This document shows positions 49,839 through 59,691 of a stretch of 64,000 nt of DNA, in pieces. The position numbers and the translations under genes are program-made. The DNA is taken from contig JAIPHJ010000001.1 in assembly GCA_021735245.1 (NCBI GenBank), positions 20,837 through 84,836 on the forward strand. Direction: 5' to 3'. The first letter of the stretch is position 1, and every line of letters starts with the position of its first letter. This DNA is from Candidatus Bipolaricaulota bacterium (GTDB lineage: Bacteria; Bipolaricaulota; Bipolaricaulia; M55B111). The notes beneath the pieces were generated by a model. The model saw only the letters and a list, made by a program, of their open reading frames with translations. It was not told where the DNA came from and did no database searches.

Positions 49839-50519
49839 TCACAGATAACCCTTCCTTTTCAGGCTGACTTCTCCGTATTTTCCCACTATCACGTGGTCTA
49901 TCAAGGTAATACCCAGATTTCTTAACGTGGACCTAACCCTCTCGGTCACGTTTATGTCGGCCTCGGAAGGATCGGCTTTTCCTCCGGGATGGTTATGGGC
50001 CAGGATAACTCCACTGCTGTTATGCTTCAGACAGCTTTTGGCGACCTCCCTCGGCTCGATCTGGACTTCGTTGAGAGAACCGTAGAAGATCGTTTCCTCG
50101 TGGATGAGCTCGTTCGCGTTATTAAGGTGAAGAACTCTCAATTCCTCTCTTTCCAGCCTTCTCATTTCAGGGTTCAAGTGTCCAAGGACGTCCTCCATGC
50201 CGAATATCTCTTCTCCCGTGGCCAGTTCGTCCCTAGCAAGCCTTTTTCCCAGCTCGAAAACAGCGAGAATTTGACCGGCCTTCACCTTCCCGATACCCTT
50301 ATAGCTCTGGAGTTCCTGTAGAGTGGAATTTGAAAGATTATCAAGATCTAAGTCTCGAAGGATTTCCCGGGTCACTTCCAGAACGTTCTTCCCTTCTATT
50401 CCGGACCTTATAATCAACGCAAGAAGTTCCGAATCACTGAGGTAATCCGGACCGTTCTGTTCCAGCTTTTCCCTGGGTCGGTCATCCGGTGGTAACTCGT
50501 GTATTGTATACTCAGCCAT
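49839..50519 (-). CDS. radC: RadC family JAB-domain protein
   Basis: DRPREKL...G...LSDSELLA, GIGKVKA, ILAHNHPGG...PS.AD, DHVIVG. Confidence 0.95.
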   Translation of the reverse strand: MAEYTIHELPPDDRPREKLEQNGPDYLSDSELLALIIRSGIEGKNVLEVTREILRDLDLDNLSNSTLQELQSYKGIGKVKAGQILAVFELGKRLARDELATGEEIFGMEDVLGHLNPEMRRLEREELRVLHLNNANELIHEETIFYGSLNEVQIEPREVAKSCLKHNSSGVILAHNHPGGKADPSEADINVTERVRSTLRNLGITLIDHVIVGKYGEVSLKRKGYL

Positions 50520-50594
50520 GGATCAGCCTGGTCAGCTCAAAGAGATCGTATTTGGTATACCAAAAAACTCAAGGTTCGTCCACGCTCCGAAGGT

Positions 50595-50882
50595 TCAAAG
50601 GTTTTCCTTTACATCTTCCACCTTTCCTTCTATCCTGCCTGACTTCCCAGCGTGGTCATCTACTTTAATATGCGTTTCCACCCGATCGTAATCTTCTCTA
50701 AGAAGGTGATGACATTTCTTGATTACTTTCAATACTTCGTCCCAGTCGCCCTCAATTATCGTTCCCATTGCCGTTAACTGGTGTTCCAGTCCGCTGGATT
50801 CGATTATCTTTTTTACCTCGGCGATCTCCTCACCCAACCCACTTTCTTTTCCCATGGGGTAAGTGTCGAACTCGACGATCAT
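50595..50882 (-). CDS. MTH1187/YkoF-family thiamine-binding protein
   Basis: MIVEF...PMG...SGL.HQLTAMGTIIEGDWDEV...RV.T.IKVDD. Confidence 0.88.
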   Translation of the reverse strand: MIVEFDTYPMGKESGLGEEIAEVKKIIESSGLEHQLTAMGTIIEGDWDEVLKVIKKCHHLLREDYDRVETHIKVDDHAGKSGRIEGKVEDVKENL

Positions 50883-50945
50883 ATTACACCTCCGGCGGGC
50901 TTCCCCAATCTCTCCAATCATTTATTTACCTAAGGGTTGCTGCTC

Positions 50946-51215
50946 CTACTCGTCAAACTTTTTCCCCTTAACCCTGTCAGCGTTATCCGTAACCCATTCA
51001 ATATTGTCCAGGGTGTCGGAGAGCTTCCGGTCTATCTCCGCCCGTTCCGGCAGATCTCCTACTCTTAACTCCTCGATACCTTCTTCGACTGAATTTAACT
51101 TCGCGAGGGCTTTGTCGACTTCCCCCTGTTTGAAAAGCTCCAGTGACTCCTGAAGGTCTTCAATTAACCGGTTTACTTCTTCGACCAGGGTAAGGCCCTC
51201 CACTAATTTGTCCAT
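50946..51215 (-). CDS. Small acidic helical hypothetical protein
   Basis: SD GGGAG; sits in the operon between the sigma factor and MTH1187 genes; amphipathic heptad pattern. Confidence 0.7.
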   Translation of the reverse strand: MDKLVEGLTLVEEVNRLIEDLQESLELFKQGEVDKALAKLNSVEEGIEELRVGDLPERAEIDRKLSDTLDNIEWVTDNADRVKGKKFDE

Positions 51216-51224
51216 TATTCCTCC

Positions 51225-52058
51225 CTACTCGCCATCCCCGCCTTCTTCTTTTTCTTCGGAATCCGTCTTTAGGCGTGACTCCAGCTCGTCCAAGACCCGG
51301 TACTTTATCCGGGAAACCTGACGTTGAGAAGTGCCAATCTCTTCGCCTATTTCCTCCTGGGTCTGATCCTCGTAAAATATTCCTTTTACAACCTGCTGCT
51401 GTACCTCTGTCAGCTTTTCTATGGCGTCGGCGATCCTTATTTTGAATTCGAGCGGGAGGTTTTCCTCGTGCTTGCTCTTGATCTTTTCGTAATCTATGTA
51501 CTCCGGCCTCGGGTCGGATTCCCTTCGCTCTCGGTCAATAGACACGTAGGTCATCGAATCTCGAGCTTTTAAGACCTCTTTGACTCCTTCTTCTTCTATG
51601 TTTAGCTCTTCGGCTAGCTCCTTAATAGTGGGGTAGTCTCCTGTTTTTTGATATATTCTCTCCTGGGCCTTCTTGACCTTCTTATTCAACCTTTTTATCC
51701 ACTGAGGTATATGAACGGAGGGTTGATTATCCCTCACCTGATGCCTGATTTCTCCTTTGATAAGGTGGGTGGCGTACGTTGAAAACTTGGTCCCCCTGTT
51801 CAAATCATAATTTTCAACGGCGTTTAATAAACCTATATATCCAGCCTGCCGGAGGTCTTCGAAATCTAGGCCCGAATGGGTAAAATCGCCCGCAATGGAC
51901 TTTACCAGAGGAATATTCTGTTCGATTAACCTATCCTTCAATTCGTTGATTCGATTTTTTAGTTTTTCTCGCCTGCCGGCTTCAGCCCCAACCTTTTTCT
52001 CCTCCAGCTCCTGAATTTCTTCGAGCATGTCTTCGTTGGATCTCTCTGAATCTTTCAT
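51225..52058 (-). CDS. RNA polymerase sigma factor, SigB/SigF/SigG-like
   Basis: LIEQNIPLVKSIA, EDLRQAGYIGLLNAVENYD..RGTKFSTYATHLIKGEIR, region 4 TQEEIGEEIGTSQRQVSR. Confidence 0.92.
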   Translation of the reverse strand: MKDSERSNEDMLEEIQELEEKKVGAEAGRREKLKNRINELKDRLIEQNIPLVKSIAGDFTHSGLDFEDLRQAGYIGLLNAVENYDLNRGTKFSTYATHLIKGEIRHQVRDNQPSVHIPQWIKRLNKKVKKAQERIYQKTGDYPTIKELAEELNIEEEGVKEVLKARDSMTYVSIDRERRESDPRPEYIDYEKIKSKHEENLPLEFKIRIADAIEKLTEVQQQVVKGIFYEDQTQEEIGEEIGTSQRQVSRIKYRVLDELESRLKTDSEEKEEGGDGE

Positions 52059-52114
52059 AGGGTCTCTCCCTACCTTTCTGGGAACTTTTTCTCAGTTACC
52101 GCAGATAAGATATT

Positions 52115-53506
52115 CTACTTGCCCACACAGAAATCCGAAAAGACTCGATCAAGAACCTCATCCGTTAGATCTTCACCCAGCAATTTCCCAAGGTCTTTTC
52201 GCCCTTCTCTGATATCTAGTTCAACCAGGTCTATCGACCTTCCGCTTCTAAGTGCCTCCCGGGCGTCAGCGAGACTTTTTTTTGCCCGCTTGAGTAACTC
52301 TTTCTCCTGAACGTTCAGGAGGACGAGACTTTCGTCCTTCCTGACCTCCCCACCCCAGACGAGCTCCGTGATGGAACTTTCAAGGTTTTTTAGTCCCTGA
52401 CCTTCCTTTGCCGAAAGCTTTACCAAATCAGCCCAACCGGAACCCATTTTAGCGGTGATCTCCCGGTTGGACAAGTTATCAACCAAATCTATCTTGTTCA
52501 AAACAAGAATGGTTTTCCCCTTATCTACCTCTTCCGCTATATTGAGATCCTCGGGTTTGACCCCGCTATTTACGTCGACCAATAACAGGGATATATCGGA
52601 CTTCCGTCCCTGCTCCTTCGCCCTCCTGACCCCCTGCTTTTCTATTTCTCCTTCAGTCTGTCTAATCCCGGCCGTATCGGTTACCCGAAATGGTATTCCG
52701 TCGATTTCCAGTTCTTCCTCCAGTGTATCCCTGGTGGTGCCGGGTGTTGAGCTGACAATAGCTCTCTCCTCACGAAGCAGCGTGTTTAACAGAGTCGACT
52801 TGCCCACGTTGGGGCGACCGAGTACCGCTATTTTGTGGCCTTCTTTAAGGATTTTTCCATCCTTGCTATTCGCCAGATAGTCCTGTATCCTCCCTTCCAG
52901 TTCGGACAGCTTTTCCTCCAGCTCTTCTCTGGTGACGATCGACTCTTCGTAATCGGGAAAATCTATCGTCGTCTCTATTTCTGCCATAATAGCCGTCAAT
53001 TCTTCCCTGAGCGAACTCAGAAAGTCCGAGAACTTGCCCTCGAGCCTATCCAGAGAAAGCTCCAGCGAAAACCGGGTCTTGGAGTCGACGATATCTTTTA
53101 CGGACTTTGCCTGATCCAGCGTCAGTCGACCGTTCAGAAAGGCGCGTTTTGTAAATTCACCCGGCTCGGCCGGCCTGGCTCCCGCGTCGAGAGCCAGTTC
53201 AAGTGTCTCCCGTAAGGGAACGACGCCACCGTGACAGTTGATTTCAGCTACGTCTTCTCTGGTATAAGTTCGGGGGGCCTTCATAACGGAAACCAGGACC
53301 TCGTCTATCTCCTTTTTCTCACGGGGATCCTGGACGTAGCCGTAATGAAGGGTGTGAGACTCGACCTCGGTCAGGTCAATACCGTCAGGGGAGGTGAACA
53401 ATTTTCCCGCAATACCCAGCGCTTCCGGCCCTGATAGCCTCACAATTCCGATGCCACTTCTGCCCAGGGGAGTGGAAATAGCCGCAATCGTTTCTTCTTC
53501 CTTCAT
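52115..53506 (-). CDS. mnmE: tRNA modification GTPase MnmE
   Basis: TIAAISTP, EINCHGG, GEFTKRAFLNG, GRPNVGKS, PGTTRD, FCVGK. Confidence 0.97.
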   Translation of the reverse strand: MKEEETIAAISTPLGRSGIGIVRLSGPEALGIAGKLFTSPDGIDLTEVESHTLHYGYVQDPREKKEIDEVLVSVMKAPRTYTREDVAEINCHGGVVPLRETLELALDAGARPAEPGEFTKRAFLNGRLTLDQAKSVKDIVDSKTRFSLELSLDRLEGKFSDFLSSLREELTAIMAEIETTIDFPDYEESIVTREELEEKLSELEGRIQDYLANSKDGKILKEGHKIAVLGRPNVGKSTLLNTLLREERAIVSSTPGTTRDTLEEELEIDGIPFRVTDTAGIRQTEGEIEKQGVRRAKEQGRKSDISLLLVDVNSGVKPEDLNIAEEVDKGKTILVLNKIDLVDNLSNREITAKMGSGWADLVKLSAKEGQGLKNLESSITELVWGGEVRKDESLVLLNVQEKELLKRAKKSLADAREALRSGRSIDLVELDIREGRKDLGKLLGEDLTDEVLDRVFSDFCVGK

Positions 53507-53970
53507 TCCTCTTTTGGTTTAATTATTACCCGTCGATCGTCACCCTCCCCTACGCTATACGTCTCGACGTTTTCGGAGTCGCTCAGGGCCAGATGAATCC
53601 ACTTTCTTTCTACCGGGGGCATGGGGTTAAGCCTAACCTTCCTTCCCTTCGATCTCGCCCTTTCTGCTGCATCCAGGGCGAAACGCTCCAGGTTTTTCCT
53701 CCGGGAGAGCTTTACGCCGTTTATATCTACCTGGACGTCCTTGTCCAGATCGTACTGTCGTTCCAGAAGCACCTTAACAAGCACGGAGAAAGACTTTGCC
53801 AGCTTCTCCCTTTCCTCGGAAAAGAAATCAGACTCTCCCTGGACGTTCACATAGAGTTCGTCGGGTGACTTTATCTCTACCTGCAGGTCGGGATTTTCCC
53901 CGATTAGATCGAAAAACCCTTCGAGATAAGAAGCTACTTCCCGCTCTACTTTAGCCTCTTTTTGTGTCAT
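53503..53970 (-). CDS. jag: Jag/EloR-like R3H protein (short)
   Basis: LNPM...ERKWIH (R3H), TYSVGEG..RRVII; lies between yidC and mnmE. Confidence 0.85.
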   Translation of the reverse strand: MTQKEAKVEREVASYLEGFFDLIGENPDLQVEIKSPDELYVNVQGESDFFSEEREKLAKSFSVLVKVLLERQYDLDKDVQVDINGVKLSRRKNLERFALDAAERARSKGRKVRLNPMPPVERKWIHLALSDSENVETYSVGEGDDRRVIIKPKEE

Positions 53971-55583
53971 GTTTCCTGAGGCTGGCTCTCATCCTCCGCT
54001 TCTCCCTTTTCCATTTCCCAGTTAATGAATGCCTGCTGACCGATCATGAATATCTGGGTAAGGAAGTAATACAGCCAGAGGCCGGCGGGGAAATTCCTGA
54101 GAAAGATACCCATGAATAACGGAAAACCAAAGGTCATAAGCTTGTTCTGGCTTCCGCCCCCACCCGGCGTTTGCATCATCTGCTGCTGGACGATCATCGT
54201 CCCCACAGTGAGCACCACGAGGATGTAATAAGGGTCGTGCATACTAAGGTCGTTGATCCAGAGGAACCCGGGAGAAACGTGAATAGCTTCCGCACTGTAC
54301 ATTATGGCTCGCCAGAGGAGGATTAATATGGGTAACTGGATAAACATTGGCAAACAACCACCCATGGGGTTTACCTCCTCCTCTTTGTATAGCGCCATCA
54401 TCTCCTTCTGTTGCTCCTCCCGGTCATCGTATTCGTCCTGTATTTCCTGTATCCTCGGCTGTAACTCCTGCATTTTTGCCATGGAGCGATACATATTACG
54501 CATCAGCGGATAAAGCAAAGCCCGAATTAAGATCGTAAACAGAATAATAGCCCAGCCGTAATTACCTGTGAGGTTGTACAACTGATTGAGGAAACCAATT
54601 ACCGGCACCAGCAGCTGACTAAAGAATCCTATATCGTCGATACTTCCGAGGCCGACGTTCGACAGAAGTACGTGCCTGCGCCTGCCCCCATAAAGGGAAA
54701 ACTGAAACTCTCTCGACTCACCGCCAGCCAGTTCCTTTCCTGTAAGGTTAACCCCTATATTTCCTCCGGCTACGTAAGGGGTCACGCCTGTATCCTTATT
54801 GCTTTCCCGTTCCGTGTAGGGCAAACCCGTCTTTAGAAATAGGACCAGGTTCTCGCCTATCAAGCCAACTCCTCCGAAACTGCCATAAGATCCCTCGGCC
54901 AGCTTGCCGTTGCTGACTTCGCCGTCGAAGATGTACTTGGTGGTCGGGTCCGTGAGGTAATCCAGGTCCCCGTCCCCTTCGGATTTGGCCCGAGAACCAA
55001 GGTATAACCTGGCTTCCTCACCTAGATCAACTGCCTCTCCCGACTCGTTGGTTATGGCCAGCGAGAGCCCCAAAGTGTAGTTGGAATCGTTGTAGACGGT
55101 AAAAGTCTTCTCAATTTTTAGACCGTCCGTGTTGCCGGTAAAAGTTATCCGAAGTTCGTCGTAATGGGTGCCGTCGGGAATATCTACCTCATAAGGTAAG
55201 TCCCGGTCCGACTCCCCTTTAATACTCAATTCACCAGGAAACCTTATATCGTCCAGATAAGACCTCTTCAGGGACTCCGGATCGGTCGTCGTTCCCGGGA
55301 CTATCTCGGCTTTACTAGTTCTAAATGAGGAAAAATGAATAAATATACTTTTAAGCTCTCCCCCTTTTTCGGCGAAGAGATAATCTGCTATTGAAGTTCG
55401 AACTCGAATAGTTCCTTTCTCCCGGTTACGGGTTACCTCAATGGGCTGCTTGTATTCCGAAGCTCCCGCTCCAGTAATTCCAACCAGGATAAGTAACGTT
55501 ATTACCGAAAAAAGGATCCCGGTTAAAAGTTTCTTATTCTTTAAAGACTTAAATGGCAATATAGTTCCTCCTCGGATTTTCAA
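53967..55583 (-). CDS. yidC: Membrane protein insertase YidC
   Basis: GNYGWAII..T..IR..LYPL, M..LQP, NPMGGCLP..IQLPI, DPYYIL, PAGL.LY; large extracytoplasmic domain. Confidence 0.95.
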   Translation of the reverse strand: MKIRGGTILPFKSLKNKKLLTGILFSVITLLILVGITGAGASEYKQPIEVTRNREKGTIRVRTSIADYLFAEKGGELKSIFIHFSSFRTSKAEIVPGTTTDPESLKRSYLDDIRFPGELSIKGESDRDLPYEVDIPDGTHYDELRITFTGNTDGLKIEKTFTVYNDSNYTLGLSLAITNESGEAVDLGEEARLYLGSRAKSEGDGDLDYLTDPTTKYIFDGEVSNGKLAEGSYGSFGGVGLIGENLVLFLKTGLPYTERESNKDTGVTPYVAGGNIGVNLTGKELAGGESREFQFSLYGGRRRHVLLSNVGLGSIDDIGFFSQLLVPVIGFLNQLYNLTGNYGWAIILFTILIRALLYPLMRNMYRSMAKMQELQPRIQEIQDEYDDREEQQKEMMALYKEEEVNPMGGCLPMFIQLPILILLWRAIMYSAEAIHVSPGFLWINDLSMHDPYYILVVLTVGTMIVQQQMMQTPGGGGSQNKLMTFGFPLFMGIFLRNFPAGLWLYYFLTQIFMIGQQAFINWEMEKGEAEDESQPQET

Positions 55584-56043
55584 TGGTTAGTTCAGGCCCG
55601 TAATAAGGGACTTGCACAATGTCCTCAGGTATTAATCAAAAAAGAAACTCTATTCAGCACTCAAATAGAAAACTTATCAAACTTATCCAGATATACCAGA
55701 ACAATCTCGCTTTCAACTTTAGAATTCGATCATCGCAGTTCCGGTCCAGAACCAATTTGAGCGCCGGGCCGGAAAGGAAACCAGCCGATTCATCCCCGCA
55801 GGAGACTGCGCTGCTTTATCGGTTAATTTCCCGATAATGCCGAGTGATTTTAACTAAAGAACCGTGTTATTTCAATTTACAGAGTTAACGTTACTCTCTT
55901 TCGGAGCTCCCGTAACGGGCTCCCGGGCTTAAACTGGTTGAATGACAGTCCGCACTTCGAGTACACTAAGTTGGACGCAGGGATAGAAAACGAGGTCGAT
56001 TTTTCTTGTTATCACCTAAGGGTCTTCACCCCCAGTACTCATA

Positions 56044-56655
56044 ATGTTCACTGGCGCCGTGGAAGATATCGGGGATTTAGTTAAGAGCTCTGGAAGCAGG
56101 TTCACCTTCTCAGTGCCGGAGAGATTTCTGGGGACTATGGAAATTGGCGGCAGCATAAGTATCAACGGAGCCTGCCTTACAGCAGTCAATCTAGAGAATA
56201 AAAGAGGGCGTCTTTCCGTTGACGTATCGCCTGAAACCAGAAGTAAGACAAATATCGGGAACCTAAAACCCGGTGATAAAGTAAACCTGGAACTCCCACT
56301 GGGTACAGGTGAATTTTCGGACAAGTTAGACGGACACCTGGTTCAGGGTCACGTAGATACCCTGGGAAAGATCGGTAAAATCAAGAAGAAGCGAAACAAC
56401 TACTTGTACAGAATATCTACGCCCCGGAAGTTCTCCAGTTATCTGGTAGACAAAGGAGCAGTAGCGCTAGACGGCATCAGCCTTACTCCTTATCGGGTAA
56501 CGGGGGGAGCTTTTACCGTAAGTGTAATTCCTCATACTTACGAAAATACGACCCTGCAATTCAAGCGTAGCGGCTCGGAAGTGAATGTAGAATTTGACAT
56601 ACTGGCAAAATACATTAGAAACAACGTGAATAAAACCAATCTTTACAGGGAATGA
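56044..56655 (+). CDS. ribE: Riboflavin synthase (alpha chain)
   Basis: MFTG, SISINGACLT, GHLVQGHVD, KGAVALDGISLT, VNVEFDIL.KY. Confidence 0.95.
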   Translation: MFTGAVEDIGDLVKSSGSRFTFSVPERFLGTMEIGGSISINGACLTAVNLENKRGRLSVDVSPETRSKTNIGNLKPGDKVNLELPLGTGEFSDKLDGHLVQGHVDTLGKIGKIKKKRNNYLYRISTPRKFSSYLVDKGAVALDGISLTPYRVTGGAFTVSVIPHTYENTTLQFKRSGSEVNVEFDILAKYIRNNVNKTNLYRE

Positions 56656-56670
56656 GTTAGGAGTGAAAAG

Positions 56671-57891
56671 ATGAGTCTCGATCCGATAGAAGACGCAATA
56701 GAAGCGATAGAAGCGGGTGAAATTATAATCGTCGTCGACGACGAGGAGCGGGAGAACGAAGGAGACTTCATTATGGCGTCGGAAAAGGCCCGACCCGAAG
56801 ACATCAACTTTATGACCAAAGAAGGACGCGGGCTGGTATGCACCCCTATGGAAGGGGACAGGTTAGCCGAACTGGACCTCGATTCAATGGTTGGTGACAA
56901 CACCTCACATCACGGCACGCAGTTTACCGTTTCCGTAGACGCCAGGGAAGGTATCTCGACAGGAATATCCGCATACGACCGGGCCAGGACAATTTCGATC
57001 CTGGTGGACGAGGACAAAGGACCGGAAGACCTGGTTAGGCCGGGACACATCTTTCCCCTTCAGGCCGAACAGGGTGGAGTACTGCATCGAGCAGGCCATA
57101 CAGAAGCAGCGGTAGATCTCGCTAAACTGGCGGACCTATACCCCGCAGCCGTCCTCTGCGAAATAATGGACGAAGACGGTTCCATGGCACGGTTTCCGAC
57201 TCTAAAGGATATTGCCGACGAACACGGGTTGAAGATCGTATCCATCGAGGACTTAATAGAATACAGAAAGAAAAACGAAAAACTGGTAACGCGGACGGGA
57301 TCGGCAAGATTGCCGACGAAATACGGGGACTTCAAGATACACAGTTACGAGGATCAGGTCAACAACGACGAGCACGTCGCTCTCGTAAAGGGAGAAGTAG
57401 AAGGGAAAGAGAACGTGCTGGTCAGAGTACATTCCGAGTGCCTGACGGGCGACGTATTCGGGTCAAAGCGGTGCGATTGCGGCGACCAGCTGCACAAAGC
57501 CTTAACAACGATAGCCGAAACTGGAGAAGGCGTACTGGTATACATGAGACAGGAAGGCCGCGGGATAGGATTAAGCAATAAAGTATGTGCCTACGAACTC
57601 CAGGATCAAGGAATGGATACAGTAGAGGCAAACGAGGAGCTAGGTTTTTCAGCCGACCTCAGGGATTACGGATTTGGCGCACAGATTCTTTCCGACCTGG
57701 GGCTAAGCTCAATTCGCCTGCTTACCAATAACCCTCGTAAAGTAGTGGGGCTGGAAGGATACGGCCTTCATATTTCCGAGACTGTGCCCATAGAAATCGA
57801 GCCAAACGAGCACAACAAGGACTACCTTCAAACCAAAGTAGAAAAGCTGGGCCACAATTTGTCCGAATTCGAAGAAAAACCAAATTCTTGA
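56671..57891 (+). CDS. ribBA: Bifunctional DHBP synthase / GTP cyclohydrolase II
   Basis: [46 protein letters not shown]. Confidence 0.97.
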   Translation: MSLDPIEDAIEAIEAGEIIIVVDDEERENEGDFIMASEKARPEDINFMTKEGRGLVCTPMEGDRLAELDLDSMVGDNTSHHGTQFTVSVDAREGISTGISAYDRARTISILVDEDKGPEDLVRPGHIFPLQAEQGGVLHRAGHTEAAVDLAKLADLYPAAVLCEIMDEDGSMARFPTLKDIADEHGLKIVSIEDLIEYRKKNEKLVTRTGSARLPTKYGDFKIHSYEDQVNNDEHVALVKGEVEGKENVLVRVHSECLTGDVFGSKRCDCGDQLHKALTTIAETGEGVLVYMRQEGRGIGLSNKVCAYELQDQGMDTVEANEELGFSADLRDYGFGAQILSDLGLSSIRLLTNNPRKVVGLEGYGLHISETVPIEIEPNEHNKDYLQTKVEKLGHNLSEFEEKPNS

Positions 57892-57909
57892 TCACAATGG
57901 GAGGTAACA

Positions 57910-58386
57910 GTGACTAACAACTTAGAAGGTGAACTGGACGGATCCGGGTTAAAAATCGGGATCGTCATTAGCAGATTCAATAGCCTGGTAACCGAGAAAC
58001 TTCTCTCCGGAGCCAGAGACAAGCTCACGAGACTGGGAACTGGCTGGGATAACGTCACGGTGGCCTACGTGCCCGGCTCGTTCGAACTCCCCAGGGCGGT
58101 AGGAAAGATGGGGGAAACCGGAGATTACGACGGAATAGTAGCTCTGGGTGCGATAATTAGGGGTGAAACCCCTCATTTCAATTACGTAGCGAACGAGACC
58201 TCGAAGGGCCTCGCACAGTTAAATCTGGAAGGAGATACACCAGTCACCTTTGGCTTAATTACCGCGGATACGCTCGACCAGGCACTAGATCGAGCCGGGG
58301 CCAAACAGGGGAACAAAGGTAACGAAGCGGCAGAAGCGCTGATAGAAATGATAAACCTGGAAAGCAAAATGGCCGAGAGGAGCTAA
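57910..58386 (+). CDS. ribH: 6,7-dimethyl-8-ribityllumazine synthase
   Basis: SRFN, VPGSFELP, IRGETPHF, AG.K.GNKG. Confidence 0.97.
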   Translation: MTNNLEGELDGSGLKIGIVISRFNSLVTEKLLSGARDKLTRLGTGWDNVTVAYVPGSFELPRAVGKMGETGDYDGIVALGAIIRGETPHFNYVANETSKGLAQLNLEGDTPVTFGLITADTLDQALDRAGAKQGNKGNEAAEALIEMINLESKMAERS

Positions 58387-59657
58387 TGAAGTACTACGCC
58401 CCGAAAGGTCTCTACGACATTAAACCCGAGGATATACCTTACTGGCACGCGGTGGAACGGGAAGTAAGGTCCACCATGCCTCTCTACGGGTACGAGGAAA
58501 TAAGGACGCCAATCATGGAAAAGACCGAGGTATTCGCCAGGGGAGTCGGTGAAGATACGGACGTCGTTTCGAAGGAAATGTACACCTTCGAGGATAAAGG
58601 TGGAAGATCAATGACTCTCCGGCCCGAGAATACGGCCTCAGCCGTAAGAGCCTACCTCGAACACAAGTTTTACGGCAAGGAGGAGTTATCAAAGTGGTAC
58701 TACCTGGGACCGATGTTCCGCTACGAGGCACCTCAAAAGGGCCGGTCCCGGCAATTCCACCAGTACGGCGCCGAGGCAATAGGTTCGGACGATCCCGCCC
58801 TGGATGCAGAAATGATAGGTCTCGCTGCAGATCTTTTGAAGTCTCTGGGGCTCGAAGACGTAGGTCTGACTCTGAATAGCATCGGCTGCCCGGAGGATAG
58901 GGTCAAATACGTAGATAAGCTGGTTGAATACTTGAAGCCGGAAAAGGACCGACTATGTGACAACTGCCGGGCGAGATTGGACACCAACCCTCTCAGAATT
59001 CTCGACTGCAAAGAAGACTCCTGTCAGGAGGTCGTCGAGGACGGACCCGAAATAACTGAGTACTTATGCTCGGAATGTCAGGACCATTTCGACGACGTAA
59101 GGGGATATCTGAAGCAACTCGACCTGGAATACGACCTAGACCCCAAACTGGTCCGGGGGCTGGATTACTACACTAAAACGGTGTTCGAGGTTTTTTCCAG
59201 TGACCTTGGAGCCCAGGACGCTCTGGTTGGTGGAGGTCGATACGACGGTCTGGTTGAATTATTTGGGGGAGATCCCACTCCGGCAGTCGGATTCGCGGGT
59301 GGGATAGAAAGGCTTGTCCTCCTGCTCGAAGAACTGGAACGGACAGATATGGAAAGAAGCGGACTGGACGTATACCTCGCAACTCTGGACGAGGAGACCA
59401 AGAAAACGGGCTTGGAGCTTGTCCAGGAACTCAGGGAAGCAGGCCTGAAGGCAGAGATCGACTACCTTGACAAAAGCCTCCAGGGTCAGCTGGGCTACGC
59501 GGACAGGTACGGGGCCGAGATAACGGGAATCCTGGGGCCCAGAGAGCTTTCAGATAACGAAATAACGTTGAGAGACATGGAGACGGGTGATCAAGCCACG
59601 GTTCCCCTGAACGAATTTAGGTCGGAAGTCAAGAACCACCTGGATTCCAGCAGGTAA
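58386..59657 (+). CDS. hisS: Histidine--tRNA ligase
   Basis: KEMYTF.DKGGR...LRPE.TAS, FRYEAPQKGR.RQFHQ, LVRGLDYY, GGGRYDGL. Confidence 0.97.
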   Translation: MKYYAPKGLYDIKPEDIPYWHAVEREVRSTMPLYGYEEIRTPIMEKTEVFARGVGEDTDVVSKEMYTFEDKGGRSMTLRPENTASAVRAYLEHKFYGKEELSKWYYLGPMFRYEAPQKGRSRQFHQYGAEAIGSDDPALDAEMIGLAADLLKSLGLEDVGLTLNSIGCPEDRVKYVDKLVEYLKPEKDRLCDNCRARLDTNPLRILDCKEDSCQEVVEDGPEITEYLCSECQDHFDDVRGYLKQLDLEYDLDPKLVRGLDYYTKTVFEVFSSDLGAQDALVGGGRYDGLVELFGGDPTPAVGFAGGIERLVLLLEELERTDMERSGLDVYLATLDEETKKTGLELVQELREAGLKAEIDYLDKSLQGQLGYADRYGAEITGILGPRELSDNEITLRDMETGDQATVPLNEFRSEVKNHLDSSR

Positions 59658-59691
59658 AGCAGGACGAATTAATCCTTACCCAAGGAGAGGA

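Noticed and set aside
49839..50519. radC as a sign of a mobile or defence island
   Set aside because: Full-length chromosomal type with an HhH region; no integrase or cargo genes nearby.
55619..55837. ORF containing LIKLIQIYQ, resembling the YidD N-terminus
   Set aside because: Wrong strand relative to yidC and lacks the CRF.PTCS motif.
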